Positions 45,483-53,395 of a stretch of 64,000 bases of DNA are shown piece by piece. Made by a program: the position numbers and the translations under genes. Position 1 is the stretch's first letter. Each line of letters starts with the position of its first letter. Source of the stretch: Planctomycetota bacterium (GTDB taxonomy: Bacteria; Planctomycetota; UBA1135; UBA2386); assembly GCA_016794035.1 (NCBI GenBank), contig JAEUHS010000055.1:11351-75350 (forward strand). The letters run 5' to 3'. The notes under the pieces were generated by a model that was not told where the DNA came from, ran no database searches, and worked only from the letters and a program-made list of their open reading frames with translations.

Positions 45483-46557
45483 CGGCGAATTCGTACCCGC
45501 CTGGCTCGGCGATCGCGACCGGCCCTGGCTGCGCGATCTGCTGGACGAGTCACGGGCGTACGTGGGCCGGCCGATCGGCGAGCTGCTGTTGCGCTTGCGC
45601 CGCAGCGACGTCGACCCGCGCGCGGGCAGACGCCAGGCACCGGCGGTGCACGCGCTCGTCGCCTGGCTGCGGCGGGCGGCGAACGGCCCCGCGCGATCGA
45701 CCGCGCGCCAGCACCTGTTTCGGCTGTATGCCGCCGGCGTGCCGGGCGCCGAAGCCATGCGACGGATCGCCGCGCAACACGGCCTGTCCCCCGACGTGCT
45801 GGCCGGCAGCCTGTTCGCCGACCTGCCGGACCAGCGACTCGTCCAGTGGCCCGAACCGCCGCCCGATCCGACCCGCCTCGCACTGCAGGCCAACACCAGC
45901 ATGGTGCAGGGTCTGCTGCGGCACGCGCACGTGCTCGAACTCCGGCTGCTGGGCGCCTCGCGCGCACTGCTGCGCACGGCCTGGCTCCATGGCGCAGGCC
46001 TGCAGACCGTCGACCACCGCGACGGCTCCGCCACCGGCCGCTGGCGACGCGGCGCGTCGGCCGGCACCGCACGAACGCTCGCCAGTCTGGTGCCGATGCT
46101 GCCGTGGACCCACCGGTATCGACTGATCGCGCAGTGCCAGGTCGGCATCGATCGCGGTCGCGTCGTGCTCGGCACCGGCGACCCGATCCTGCCGGCGCCC
46201 GAGCCGCGGCAGCACGACAGCCAGCTTGAACGCGCCTTCGCCCGCGACTTCGCTCGCGCGCGGCCGGACTGGCGGCTGCTGCGCGAACCGGCGCCGCTGG
46301 CCACCGCCGACGGCCTCGCCTTCCCCGACTTCGCGCTGACGTCGCCCGACCGGCAGCGCACCTGGCTGTGCGAGATCGCCGGCCTGCGCTCCGCGAGCGC
46401 CCTGCCGGCCAAGCTCGCCCTGCTCCAACATGGGCAGCTGGTGCTGTGTCTGCCCGAACGCGCAACCCCGCTCGAGTACCGGTCCCATCCTCGCGTGGTG
46501 CCGTTCCGCCGGCGCGTGCCGATCGAGCGCGTGCTGGCGATCCTCGAGCGAGGCTGA
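45448..46557 (+). CDS. Bax1 / DUF790-like endonuclease
   Basis: The C-terminal block HDSQLERAFARDF...WRLLREP...FPDFALT...WLCEIAG matches the DUF790 nuclease core (E...PD...E-I-x-G). It overlaps the 3' end of the helicase-like gene. A GTG at 45424 is an alternative start. Confidence 0.65.
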   Translation: MSPQRVPYTIADGEFVPAWLGDRDRPWLRDLLDESRAYVGRPIGELLLRLRRSDVDPRAGRRQAPAVHALVAWLRRAANGPARSTARQHLFRLYAAGVPGAEAMRRIAAQHGLSPDVLAGSLFADLPDQRLVQWPEPPPDPTRLALQANTSMVQGLLRHAHVLELRLLGASRALLRTAWLHGAGLQTVDHRDGSATGRWRRGASAGTARTLASLVPMLPWTHRYRLIAQCQVGIDRGRVVLGTGDPILPAPEPRQHDSQLERAFARDFARARPDWRLLREPAPLATADGLAFPDFALTSPDRQRTWLCEIAGLRSASALPAKLALLQHGQLVLCLPERATPLEYRSHPRVVPFRRRVPIERVLAILERG

Positions 46558-46642
46558 CGCGCGTCCCGCCCCGGTCACGTCGCCGAGGCCGGCTCGACGC
46601 GACCTGCTTCGCCGACCCGTCTGGCGCCGGACGGTCCGAGGC

Positions 46643-47176
46643 CTACCCCGCGTCGGCGTCCTTGCCGGCGTCCTCGCCGATCGCCGCCAGCAGCTCGTCC
46701 TTGATCGCAGAGAGGTCCGAGATGTCGATCGCCGGTGCGAACAGCGCCACCGGCTCCATCTCCTTCAGCTTCGGGTCGACGACCACGAGGTCGGCGCGCT
46801 CCTGCTCCTTGGTGCGCGGCGCGACCATCTTCAGCACGCGCTTGCGCAGCAGCAGCAGGGTGCAGAAGTAGCGCAGCGCGCGGGCCCGGTCGTCGTCGAC
46901 GGTGCCGAGGCGGTCGAACAGCACGCGCAGCGACGCGAGGTCCAGCACCGGCTCCCTGCTGCCGCTCTGCTTGCGCAGGGCGCGCCAGAAGATCGGCGCC
47001 CCGGCGCCCTGACTCTGGCAGCGCCGTTCGTGGTCGACGAAGCACGCCTCGCACATCTCGTGGCGCACGCACGCGGGCCACTCGAGCACCGCCACGTAGG
47101 CGCGGCTTGCCGGCAGCGGACAACCGGGCTTGTCGCAGGCGGTGCGGTCGCGGTGGATCTTCCAGTCGTCAGCCAT
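46643..47176 (-). CDS. Hypothetical Cys-rich protein (possible zinc-binding N-terminus)
   Basis: MADDWKIHRDRTACDKPGCPLP...WPACVRHEMCEACFVDHERRC has 6 Cys in the first 53 aa. GC3 is high. It overlaps the upstream HEAT gene by 8 nt. Confidence 0.6.
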   Translation of the reverse strand: MADDWKIHRDRTACDKPGCPLPASRAYVAVLEWPACVRHEMCEACFVDHERRCQSQGAGAPIFWRALRKQSGSREPVLDLASLRVLFDRLGTVDDDRARALRYFCTLLLLRKRVLKMVAPRTKEQERADLVVVDPKLKEMEPVALFAPAIDISDLSAIKDELLAAIGEDAGKDADAG

Positions 47177-48110
47177 GCGTTCCTTCGAGTTCGGTTCCGC
47201 CGTCGGAGTCGGTCAGGGTGGCGGCGAACGCGCGCCACGCGGCCGGCGTGCGCGGGCCGTGCGTGCCCGCGAACACCTGCAGGCTCGCCTGCGCGGCCTC
47301 TTCGCCGCGGTAGTCGCGCTCGCGTTTGCAGCGTTCGAGATAGTCGATCAGCGCGTTCGCCGCCGCGGCGCCGGGGAAGTGCTGCAGCGACTGCGCGGCC
47401 GTGCGCCGGACGAACGCATCGTCGTCGTGGCCCAGGCGTTCGACCAGCAGGTCGCGCACCGGGGCGCCGCCGTCGTGCAGGTCGCGCAGCGCATCGGCGC
47501 GCACCGCGAAGTCCGCGTCGGCGGCGAGCCGCCGCAGGGTCGGCAGCACGTCGCCCGCGACGCCGATCGCGCCCAGCGTGCGCGCCGCCGCGCGCCGCTG
47601 CCGCGCATCGCTGCTCGTCGCCAGCTGCTGCACGGCCGGCACCGCCGGCGCGCCGACGTGCGCCAGCAGCTCGATACCGAGTTCACGCGGCTGCGGCTGG
47701 CCGTGGCACAACAGGTCGCCGACCAGCGTCGGCACTGCCGCGGCGCCCAGCGCCTCGATCTCGGCGATGGCGCGCGTCTCGACCGGATCGGCGATGCGCG
47801 CCGCCGCGCGCAGCAGCCCCTGGTCCTCGCCGAGCGGCCGCCCCTCGCGCACCGTGAACACGTCGCGGATGAACATGCGGGTCAGCCAGACCGCCGTCGT
47901 CGGGTCGGCGGCGGCGCGCTGCCGCAGCGACTCGTAGTCCGGTGCGCGGCCGCGGTAGGCCTGTTCGGCGGCCCGGCACAGCTCCGCCTGTTCGGCCGAC
48001 AACGCGGCGGGGCGGAACGGCGGCGTCGAGGTGCCGGCGCACGCCGCGAGCAGCACCGCCAGCACGGCGCCGCTCCGGCGACACACGTTCGTGGCGGCTC
48101 GGCATGGCAT
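47169..48110 (-). CDS. HEAT-repeat lipoprotein
   Basis: Lipobox AVLLAACAG. Repeated motifs of the type AAxALGxIGxxAVPxL...DxxVRxxA (PBS-lyase HEAT-like). Confidence 0.7.
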   Translation of the reverse strand: MPCRAATNVCRRSGAVLAVLLAACAGTSTPPFRPAALSAEQAELCRAAEQAYRGRAPDYESLRQRAAADPTTAVWLTRMFIRDVFTVREGRPLGEDQGLLRAAARIADPVETRAIAEIEALGAAAVPTLVGDLLCHGQPQPRELGIELLAHVGAPAVPAVQQLATSSDARQRRAAARTLGAIGVAGDVLPTLRRLAADADFAVRADALRDLHDGGAPVRDLLVERLGHDDDAFVRRTAAQSLQHFPGAAAANALIDYLERCKRERDYRGEEAAQASLQVFAGTHGPRTPAAWRAFAATLTDSDGGTELEGTHG

Positions 48111-48128
48111 CGCCTAACCTCTACCCGG

Positions 48129-49262
48129 ATGAGCGCCCCCCTGAAAGAGCCGCGTGGCGCGGTCGCGATCCGCGCCGTGCCGCACCCGGCGCGCTTCCTC
48201 GACCTGCAGCGCGACTTCTACCGCCGCGACCCCGACTACGTGCCGCCGATCACCAGCGCGGAGGCGTGGCAGATCGACCTGCGCAAGAACCCGTTCTTCC
48301 GCCACGCCGAAGCCGGCTTCTTCGCCGCCTACGACGGCAGCCGCTGCGTCGGCCGCGTCAGCGCCTGCCGCGATCGGCTGCACGACGAGTTCCACGGCGA
48401 CCGCATCGGCTTCTTCGGCCACTTCGAGGCCAGCGACGCGGTGACGGCGCAGGCGCTGGTCGAGCACGCCGCGACCTGGTGCCGGCAGCGCGGCGCCGAG
48501 GCGCTGCGCGGACCGGTCGACCTGTCGACGAACTACCGCTGCGGCCTGCTGATCGACGGCGACAAGGGGCCGCCGGTCGTGATGATGCCCTACAACCCGC
48601 CGCAGTACGCCGAGTGGCTCGCGGGCTGCGGCCTGACGAAAGCCAAGGACCTGCTGGCGCTGCACGTCACCGACCAGGCGCTCGACCTGCGCCGCGTCGA
48701 CCGTATCGCCGACCACCTGCGCAAGAAGACCTCCGCGACCATGCGGCCGCTCGACATGCGCCGTTTCGACGCCGAGTGCCAGGTGCTGTGGGACCTCTAC
48801 CACCGCATCTGGGAGCGCAACTGGGGTTTCGTGCCGATGACGCAGGACGAGTTCCTGGCGCAGGCGCGCGACCTGAAGCGCGTCGCCCATCCGGCGCTGA
48901 TGCACATCGCCGAGGTCGCCGGCGCGCCGGTCGGGTTCGTGGTCGCGCTGCCCGACGTCAACGTCGGCGCACTGGCCTGCCGCGGCCGCCTGCTGCCGTT
49001 CGGCTGGCTGCGCTACCTGCGCGCGATGAAGACGACCAGACTGATCCGCGTGATCACGCTCGGCGTCGTGCCCGAATGGCGCCGCGTCGGCATCGAGATG
49101 CTGCTGATGCACAAGGTGATCCGCAGCGGCCTCGACGTCGGCTTCCGCGCCTGCGAGGCGAGCTGGATCCTCGAGGACAACCGCGACATGCTCGGGCCGC
49201 TCGAGACCCTCGGGCACCGCCCCTACCGCCGTTACCGCATCTACGAGAAGACCCTGCGCTGA
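48129..49262 (+). CDS. GNAT-like N-acetyltransferase family protein
   Basis: 377 aa starting at MSAPLKEP (ATG verified at 48129). The C-terminal VITLGVVPEWRRVGIEMLLM resembles the acetyl-CoA binding motif A region. The upstream part of the 47130 ORF is rejected. Confidence 0.65.
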   Translation: MSAPLKEPRGAVAIRAVPHPARFLDLQRDFYRRDPDYVPPITSAEAWQIDLRKNPFFRHAEAGFFAAYDGSRCVGRVSACRDRLHDEFHGDRIGFFGHFEASDAVTAQALVEHAATWCRQRGAEALRGPVDLSTNYRCGLLIDGDKGPPVVMMPYNPPQYAEWLAGCGLTKAKDLLALHVTDQALDLRRVDRIADHLRKKTSATMRPLDMRRFDAECQVLWDLYHRIWERNWGFVPMTQDEFLAQARDLKRVAHPALMHIAEVAGAPVGFVVALPDVNVGALACRGRLLPFGWLRYLRAMKTTRLIRVITLGVVPEWRRVGIEMLLMHKVIRSGLDVGFRACEASWILEDNRDMLGPLETLGHRPYRRYRIYEKTLR

Positions 49263-49477
49263 TGGAGATCAACCTGAACCGCGGCATGCCCGGCATGCCG
49301 CCGCTGCCGAACCAGTTGCCGACCCTGCTGCTGCTGCTCGGCGGCGGCGCGATCTTCCTCGGCCTGCTGCTGTTCCTGAACGAGTGGCTGCTGCGGTGGC
49401 TGGTGGCGAGCCTGTTCTGCGTGGTCGGTGCGGTGCTGGTGCTGACCGGCCTGCGCGCGAAGCGCATGCTGGGCTGA
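49262..49477 (+). CDS. Small two-TM membrane protein
   Basis: 71 aa: PTLLLLLGGGAIFLGLLLFL and LVASLFCVVGAVLVLTGL. The ATG overlaps the stop of the upstream gene by 1 nt. Confidence 0.5.
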   Translation: MEINLNRGMPGMPPLPNQLPTLLLLLGGGAIFLGLLLFLNEWLLRWLVASLFCVVGAVLVLTGLRAKRMLG

Positions 49478-49488
49478 TCGCGCGCCGA

Positions 49489-49983
49489 TCACGGCCCCGG
49501 CGACGGCGCGGGCGTCTCACGCAACCACGTGGCGGCCTCGGCTTCGCCGAGCCCGAACGCGAGGGCGTCGAACCACAACCACGGCTGCGTCGAGCGTTCC
49601 GGCCCACCGGTGACCGGGATCTGCTGCCCGGTCTCGACCAGTGTCGCCCGGCCGTTCGCCAGCGTGCCGCGCACGCGCAGCTGGATGCCGCCGACGCCCA
49701 TGTTGTTCTTGATCACGCCGTCGGCGATCGCGCGCAGGTCGAGCGGCTGCGGCCGTTCGATGCGCGCGCGGCAGAGCTGGCGATCCAGGTCGATCTGCGG
49801 GGTGGAGCCGAACCGGCTCTCGAAGAACTGCTGCAGGCCCAGCAGTTCCTCGTTTCAAGTTCAACCGAGCAGCTGGATCTCGACGAACGCGAAGTCGCCC
49901 GGCTGCGGCGCGATGTCGACGCCGGGCGCCATGCACGCGGCGAGCAGCACCGGCAGGAAGCGGGACGCGGTGGTTCTGGCCAT
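49489..49983 (-). CDS. Lipoprotein gene with two in-frame TGA codons (candidate U-x-U selenoprotein, or a pseudogene)
   Basis: ATG at 49983 gives MARTTASRFLPVLLAACMAPG... (lipobox). Codons 41 (49863-49861) and 43 (49857-49855) are TGA. The same frame continues with high GC3 for 121 further codons (NEELLGLQQFFESRFG...) to TGA at 49491-49489. It starts 1 nt after the stop of the barrel gene. Confidence 0.5.
49821..49852 (-). promoter_or_regulatory. SECIS-like RNA hairpin 2 nt downstream of the second in-frame UGA
   Basis: The mRNA reads CGAGGAACUGCUG-GGCCUG-CAGCAGUUCUUCG: a 13-bp stem (12 Watson-Crick pairs and 1 G-U) and a 6-nt loop starting GG. Confidence 0.45.
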
Positions 49984-49984
49984 G

Positions 49985-50875
49985 TCAGAAACGGTAGCCG
50001 AGCGACAAGTCGCACGTCCAGTCGACGTCGAGCTGCGTGCCGTTGAGGTCGCGCCACACCGGTACCTCGCCGGTGAGCTGCAGGTCGATCGCCGGCCGGG
50101 GCCGGAACGCCAGCGTCGCGCCGGCCAGCAGGCGGCTGCCGCCGGTGTCCGTCAGCAGCACGTCGTCCTGACGGTCGCGGCGCTCGTGGTGGAAGCGTGC
50201 GAACAGGTCGAGGCGCATGAACGGTCCCGGATACGGCTCGAGCCAGAACCGGTTGCCGACCGCCAGCTCGGCGAACAGCGAGTCGCCGCGCCGGTCACCA
50301 TCGCCGTCGGTGTCGGTGTGGCAGCGATAGAGCACCGCCGCGTTGAAGCGCCAGCGGCCGGGCTCGGGCGTGATCGCGAAGCCGATCGCGGGATCGACGC
50401 CGCCGCTGCCGACCTGCTGCTCGGGCTCGAGTTCGCGTCCGGCGGCGCGCTGGTCGTCGTCGCCGGTCGGCAGCGACACCATCGCGATCAGCGCGGCGTT
50501 GACCGCCACGCTCGGAGCGTCCCATCGCTTGACGCGCCACTTCGCCAGCAGCTCGACGTCGCCGATGCCGGCGTCCGCCTCCTGGCCGCCGGCGAACTCA
50601 CGCTCGACGTCGACGTACGGCACGGCGACGCCGACCTGCAGATCGTGGCGCAGGCCGTACTGCCAGGCCAGCGTCGAGGTGAAGCGGAACCGATGGCCGG
50701 CCTCGGGATCGGCGCTGCGCGCGCTGCCGGCCCGCCGCGACTCCTCGCGCTGCAGTTCGTTGCCGAAGCTGACCAGGTGCCCGCCCTCGTAGAGCGTCTC
50801 GCCGTCGACGACGTCGAGCACGGCCTGCGCCGGCAGGCCCGCGCCGAACAGCAGCAGCCACAGGGGAGCACGCAT
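49985..50875 (-). CDS. Putative outer-membrane beta-barrel protein
   Basis: Signal peptide MRAPLWLLLFGAGLPAQA, an alternating beta-strand pattern and a C-terminal ...LSLGYRF (aromatic terminus). Confidence 0.6.
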   Translation of the reverse strand: MRAPLWLLLFGAGLPAQAVLDVVDGETLYEGGHLVSFGNELQREESRRAGSARSADPEAGHRFRFTSTLAWQYGLRHDLQVGVAVPYVDVEREFAGGQEADAGIGDVELLAKWRVKRWDAPSVAVNAALIAMVSLPTGDDDQRAAGRELEPEQQVGSGGVDPAIGFAITPEPGRWRFNAAVLYRCHTDTDGDGDRRGDSLFAELAVGNRFWLEPYPGPFMRLDLFARFHHERRDRQDDVLLTDTGGSRLLAGATLAFRPRPAIDLQLTGEVPVWRDLNGTQLDVDWTCDLSLGYRF

Positions 50876-50896
50876 CGGCAGCGCAGCCTACGCCGG

Positions 50897-53395
50897 TCAC
50901 TGCACGACGGCCACCGCTTCGCTCGGCGCGTAGCCGACGTGTTCGCCGGCGGCGATCCGGACGAACGTGCCCTGCGCACCGCCCAGCAGCTCGACCTCGA
51001 CGCCGGGGCGCACGGTCGCGACCGGTTCGAGGCCGGCGCGCGGCTCCGACACCAGCGACAGCTTCTGCAGCGCGATCGCGTGCGCCGGCCGCTGCGGCGC
51101 CAGCAAGACGAGGTCGAGCGCCACGACGGCGGACGGCACCAGCACCAGCACGCCGACCCAGCGCAGGCCGATGCGGCGCCAGCCGAGCACCAGGCACAGC
51201 GCGGCGAACGACATGCCGAGCGCGCACAGCAGCAGCCGTTCGCCCGGCAGCAGGCGATCGCGCAGCGCCACCAGTTCGGCGACGAAGCCCTGACCGCCGT
51301 CGTCGAGTTGCAGCCGCCGGCGCACGAGCTGCACGTTGGCGAGCAGTTCGGCGTCGCGCGGGCGGCCCAGGCGCGCCGATTCGTAGGCCCACAGCGCGCG
51401 CGGCAGGTCGCCGAGCCGGAAGAAGCAGTTGCCGCGCGCCTGCTGCAATCGCCGGTCGCCGGTCGCCGCGAACGCATCGGCGAACGCGGCCTCGGCCTTC
51501 CGGTAGTCGCCGGCGCGATAGGCGGCGACGGCGGCGGGCACGTCGCCGCCCGCCTGCGCGGGCAGGGCGCCACCGACCGCCAACGCGCCCAGCAGCGGCA
51601 GCAGCACGACCAGCGGCGAACGTGCGACCGCGCCGAAACGCAGGCGTTCGAGCCGCTGCACGAGGTCCCGCACGGCACCGGCGTCGAGCGCCGCGCCGCC
51701 GCCGTAGCGGGACGCGGTGCCGCGTTCGACGGCCGCCGCGATCTCGGCCGCGACGGCGACCTCGAGCCCCGCCGCCTGCAGGCGCTGCGCCAGGTCCGGC
51801 GCGATCACCGCGGCCGCCGGCACGCCGAGCCGATCGCCGAGGTAGTTCGCCAGCGCCTGCAGCGGCTCCTCGCCGGCCTGCAGCGCCCGCCGGCAGGCGC
51901 GACCGGCGCCGCGCGCGCGCTGCGCCGCCGGATCGGCCGCGCGCCGCCGCGCCGCGCCGCGCCCGAACGCGACCAGCGCCACGAGCAGCCAGGGTCCGAG
52001 CACCGCCAGCCACACCCACCAGGTCGGCAGCCGGCCGCGCCGCGCCGGCTCGCCGTCGAGCGGCGGCAGGTCGTAGACGTCGTCGACGCCGGGCGTGACC
52101 GCGGCGACGGTCGTGTCCGGCAACGGCGCCAGCGTCTCGCCGTTCTCGAGCGGCTTGACCACGAGCGGCAGCGCCGGCGTCGTCACCTGCACGAACCGCT
52201 CGACGCCGGGCGTGGTGTCGAACCAGTTCCAGCCGATCGCCGGCACCGCGTGCACGTCGGTCGACAGCGGCGTCAGGTCGTAGGTGACGACGACCTTGTC
52301 GGTGTCGCGCGCCTCGGTCGCGCCGAGCTTGTGGAAGCCGTCGAGGCCGTCGAGTTCGGGCAGGCGCAGGAACTCGAAGTTGCCCTGGCCGCGCACGGTC
52401 AGCACCAGCTTGACCGAGCTGCCGACGCGCACCGTGTCCTTGTCGAGCCGCGCGTCCAGCGAGAATCGCCCGACCGCGCCGTAGTACGGCGTCGGCCGGC
52501 CCGCCTCCGGGATCGGCAGCACCTCGAGCGTGATCGGCTGGCCGTAGACGTAGTAGTTCTCGGCCTGCGCACCGCGGCGGCCGCCGAACAGGTCGGGCTG
52601 GCCTTCGCGCAGCATGACCTGGTAACGCAGCATCGGCGCGGTCAGCTCGATCGTGCCGATGCGGGTCGGCAGGAACGAACGTTCGAACGAGTACTGCGCC
52701 CAACGGCGGCCGCCGCGCTCGCTGCTGCCGTCGAAGAACGACGGCTGCAGCTTGCGGTTGGCGACGATCAGCCGGATGTCGCCCTTCGGGTCCGGCATCG
52801 AGATCGGTTCGCCACCGGGGAACGTGTCCAGCCACGGCGCCTGCACCTCGACGTCGAGGTAGCGGTAGCGGTTGGCGACGTCCTGCACGAGCCGCAGCCC
52901 CGGCTCGATGCCGAGGTCGACGTGGATGCGGATCGGCTCGTGCACGTAGACGCGACGCGGCTCGACCTTCACGTCGAGCCAGGCGAGCTCCTCGCCGCGC
53001 AGGTCCTTCTTCACCTCGAGCCGCAGCTCGGGCGTCATCTGCTCCCTGGTGCCGGTCCAGATCGGAAACGGCGGCACCACGAACGTGCCCTCCTGCAGCG
53101 GCTGCAGGATCAGCTGGTACTGCACGCCGACCCGTTCGGTCAGGTTGCGGCCGTCGAAGAACGTGTAGCTGTTGCGCGACGGCGGCGTCAGCTGCAGCCG
53201 CAGCCCCGGCACCTCGGGCAGCGTCGGGGTGCGCGGGTTCGCCTCGCGGCCCTCGATGCGCAGGTTGGCGCGCGCCGTGTCGCCGAGGCGGATCGTCGAC
53301 GGCGACGGCGCCTCGACCTCGAGCTTCTCCTGCGCCGGCAGCGACGCCGCGAGCGCCGCGAGCAGCAGCCCGAGTGGCCACGCGGTGCGCATCAC
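50897..53395 (-). CDS. BatD-like protein fused to a BatE-like TPR/TM/SH3 C-terminus
   Basis: 832 aa with a signal peptide and a BatD-type N-terminal region. Then a TM helix, TPR (AVAAYRAGDYRKAEAAF), further TM helices and a C-terminal SH3-like segment (VRPGVEVELLGGAQGTFVRIAAGEHVGYAP). Confidence 0.7.
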   Translation of the reverse strand: MMRTAWPLGLLLAALAASLPAQEKLEVEAPSPSTIRLGDTARANLRIEGREANPRTPTLPEVPGLRLQLTPPSRNSYTFFDGRNLTERVGVQYQLILQPLQEGTFVVPPFPIWTGTREQMTPELRLEVKKDLRGEELAWLDVKVEPRRVYVHEPIRIHVDLGIEPGLRLVQDVANRYRYLDVEVQAPWLDTFPGGEPISMPDPKGDIRLIVANRKLQPSFFDGSSERGGRRWAQYSFERSFLPTRIGTIELTAPMLRYQVMLREGQPDLFGGRRGAQAENYYVYGQPITLEVLPIPEAGRPTPYYGAVGRFSLDARLDKDTVRVGSSVKLVLTVRGQGNFEFLRLPELDGLDGFHKLGATEARDTDKVVVTYDLTPLSTDVHAVPAIGWNWFDTTPGVERFVQVTTPALPLVVKPLENGETLAPLPDTTVAAVTPGVDDVYDLPPLDGEPARRGRLPTWWVWLAVLGPWLLVALVAFGRGAARRRAADPAAQRARGAGRACRRALQAGEEPLQALANYLGDRLGVPAAAVIAPDLAQRLQAAGLEVAVAAEIAAAVERGTASRYGGGAALDAGAVRDLVQRLERLRFGAVARSPLVVLLPLLGALAVGGALPAQAGGDVPAAVAAYRAGDYRKAEAAFADAFAATGDRRLQQARGNCFFRLGDLPRALWAYESARLGRPRDAELLANVQLVRRRLQLDDGGQGFVAELVALRDRLLPGERLLLCALGMSFAALCLVLGWRRIGLRWVGVLVLVPSAVVALDLVLLAPQRPAHAIALQKLSLVSEPRAGLEPVATVRPGVEVELLGGAQGTFVRIAAGEHVGYAPSEAVAVVQ

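Noticed and set aside
44070-46412. 780-aa minus-strand ORF opposite the XPB-like/Bax1-like pair
   Set aside because: It has no motifs and an extreme R/A/S/G composition. The plus-strand frames carry helicase C-lobe and DUF790 signatures.
49855-49863. Genome-wide reassignment of TGA (for example to Trp or Gly) as the explanation for the two in-frame TGAs
   Set aside because: TGA is the stop codon that terminates many well-defined genes in this window (for example adk, secY, murG, murE, batA, batB), often in ATGA/GTGA overlaps. Global recoding is therefore excluded. Only local recoding (Sec) or pseudogenisation remain.
49713-50057. Alternative +1 frame across the TGA site, giving ...VELETRNCWACSSSS... 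with a CxxC motif (programmed frameshift idea)
   Set aside because: That frame has clearly poorer GC3 than the zero frame downstream (AAC GAG GAA CTG CTG GGC CTG CAG...). It ends after about 50 codons. No slippery heptamer is evident.
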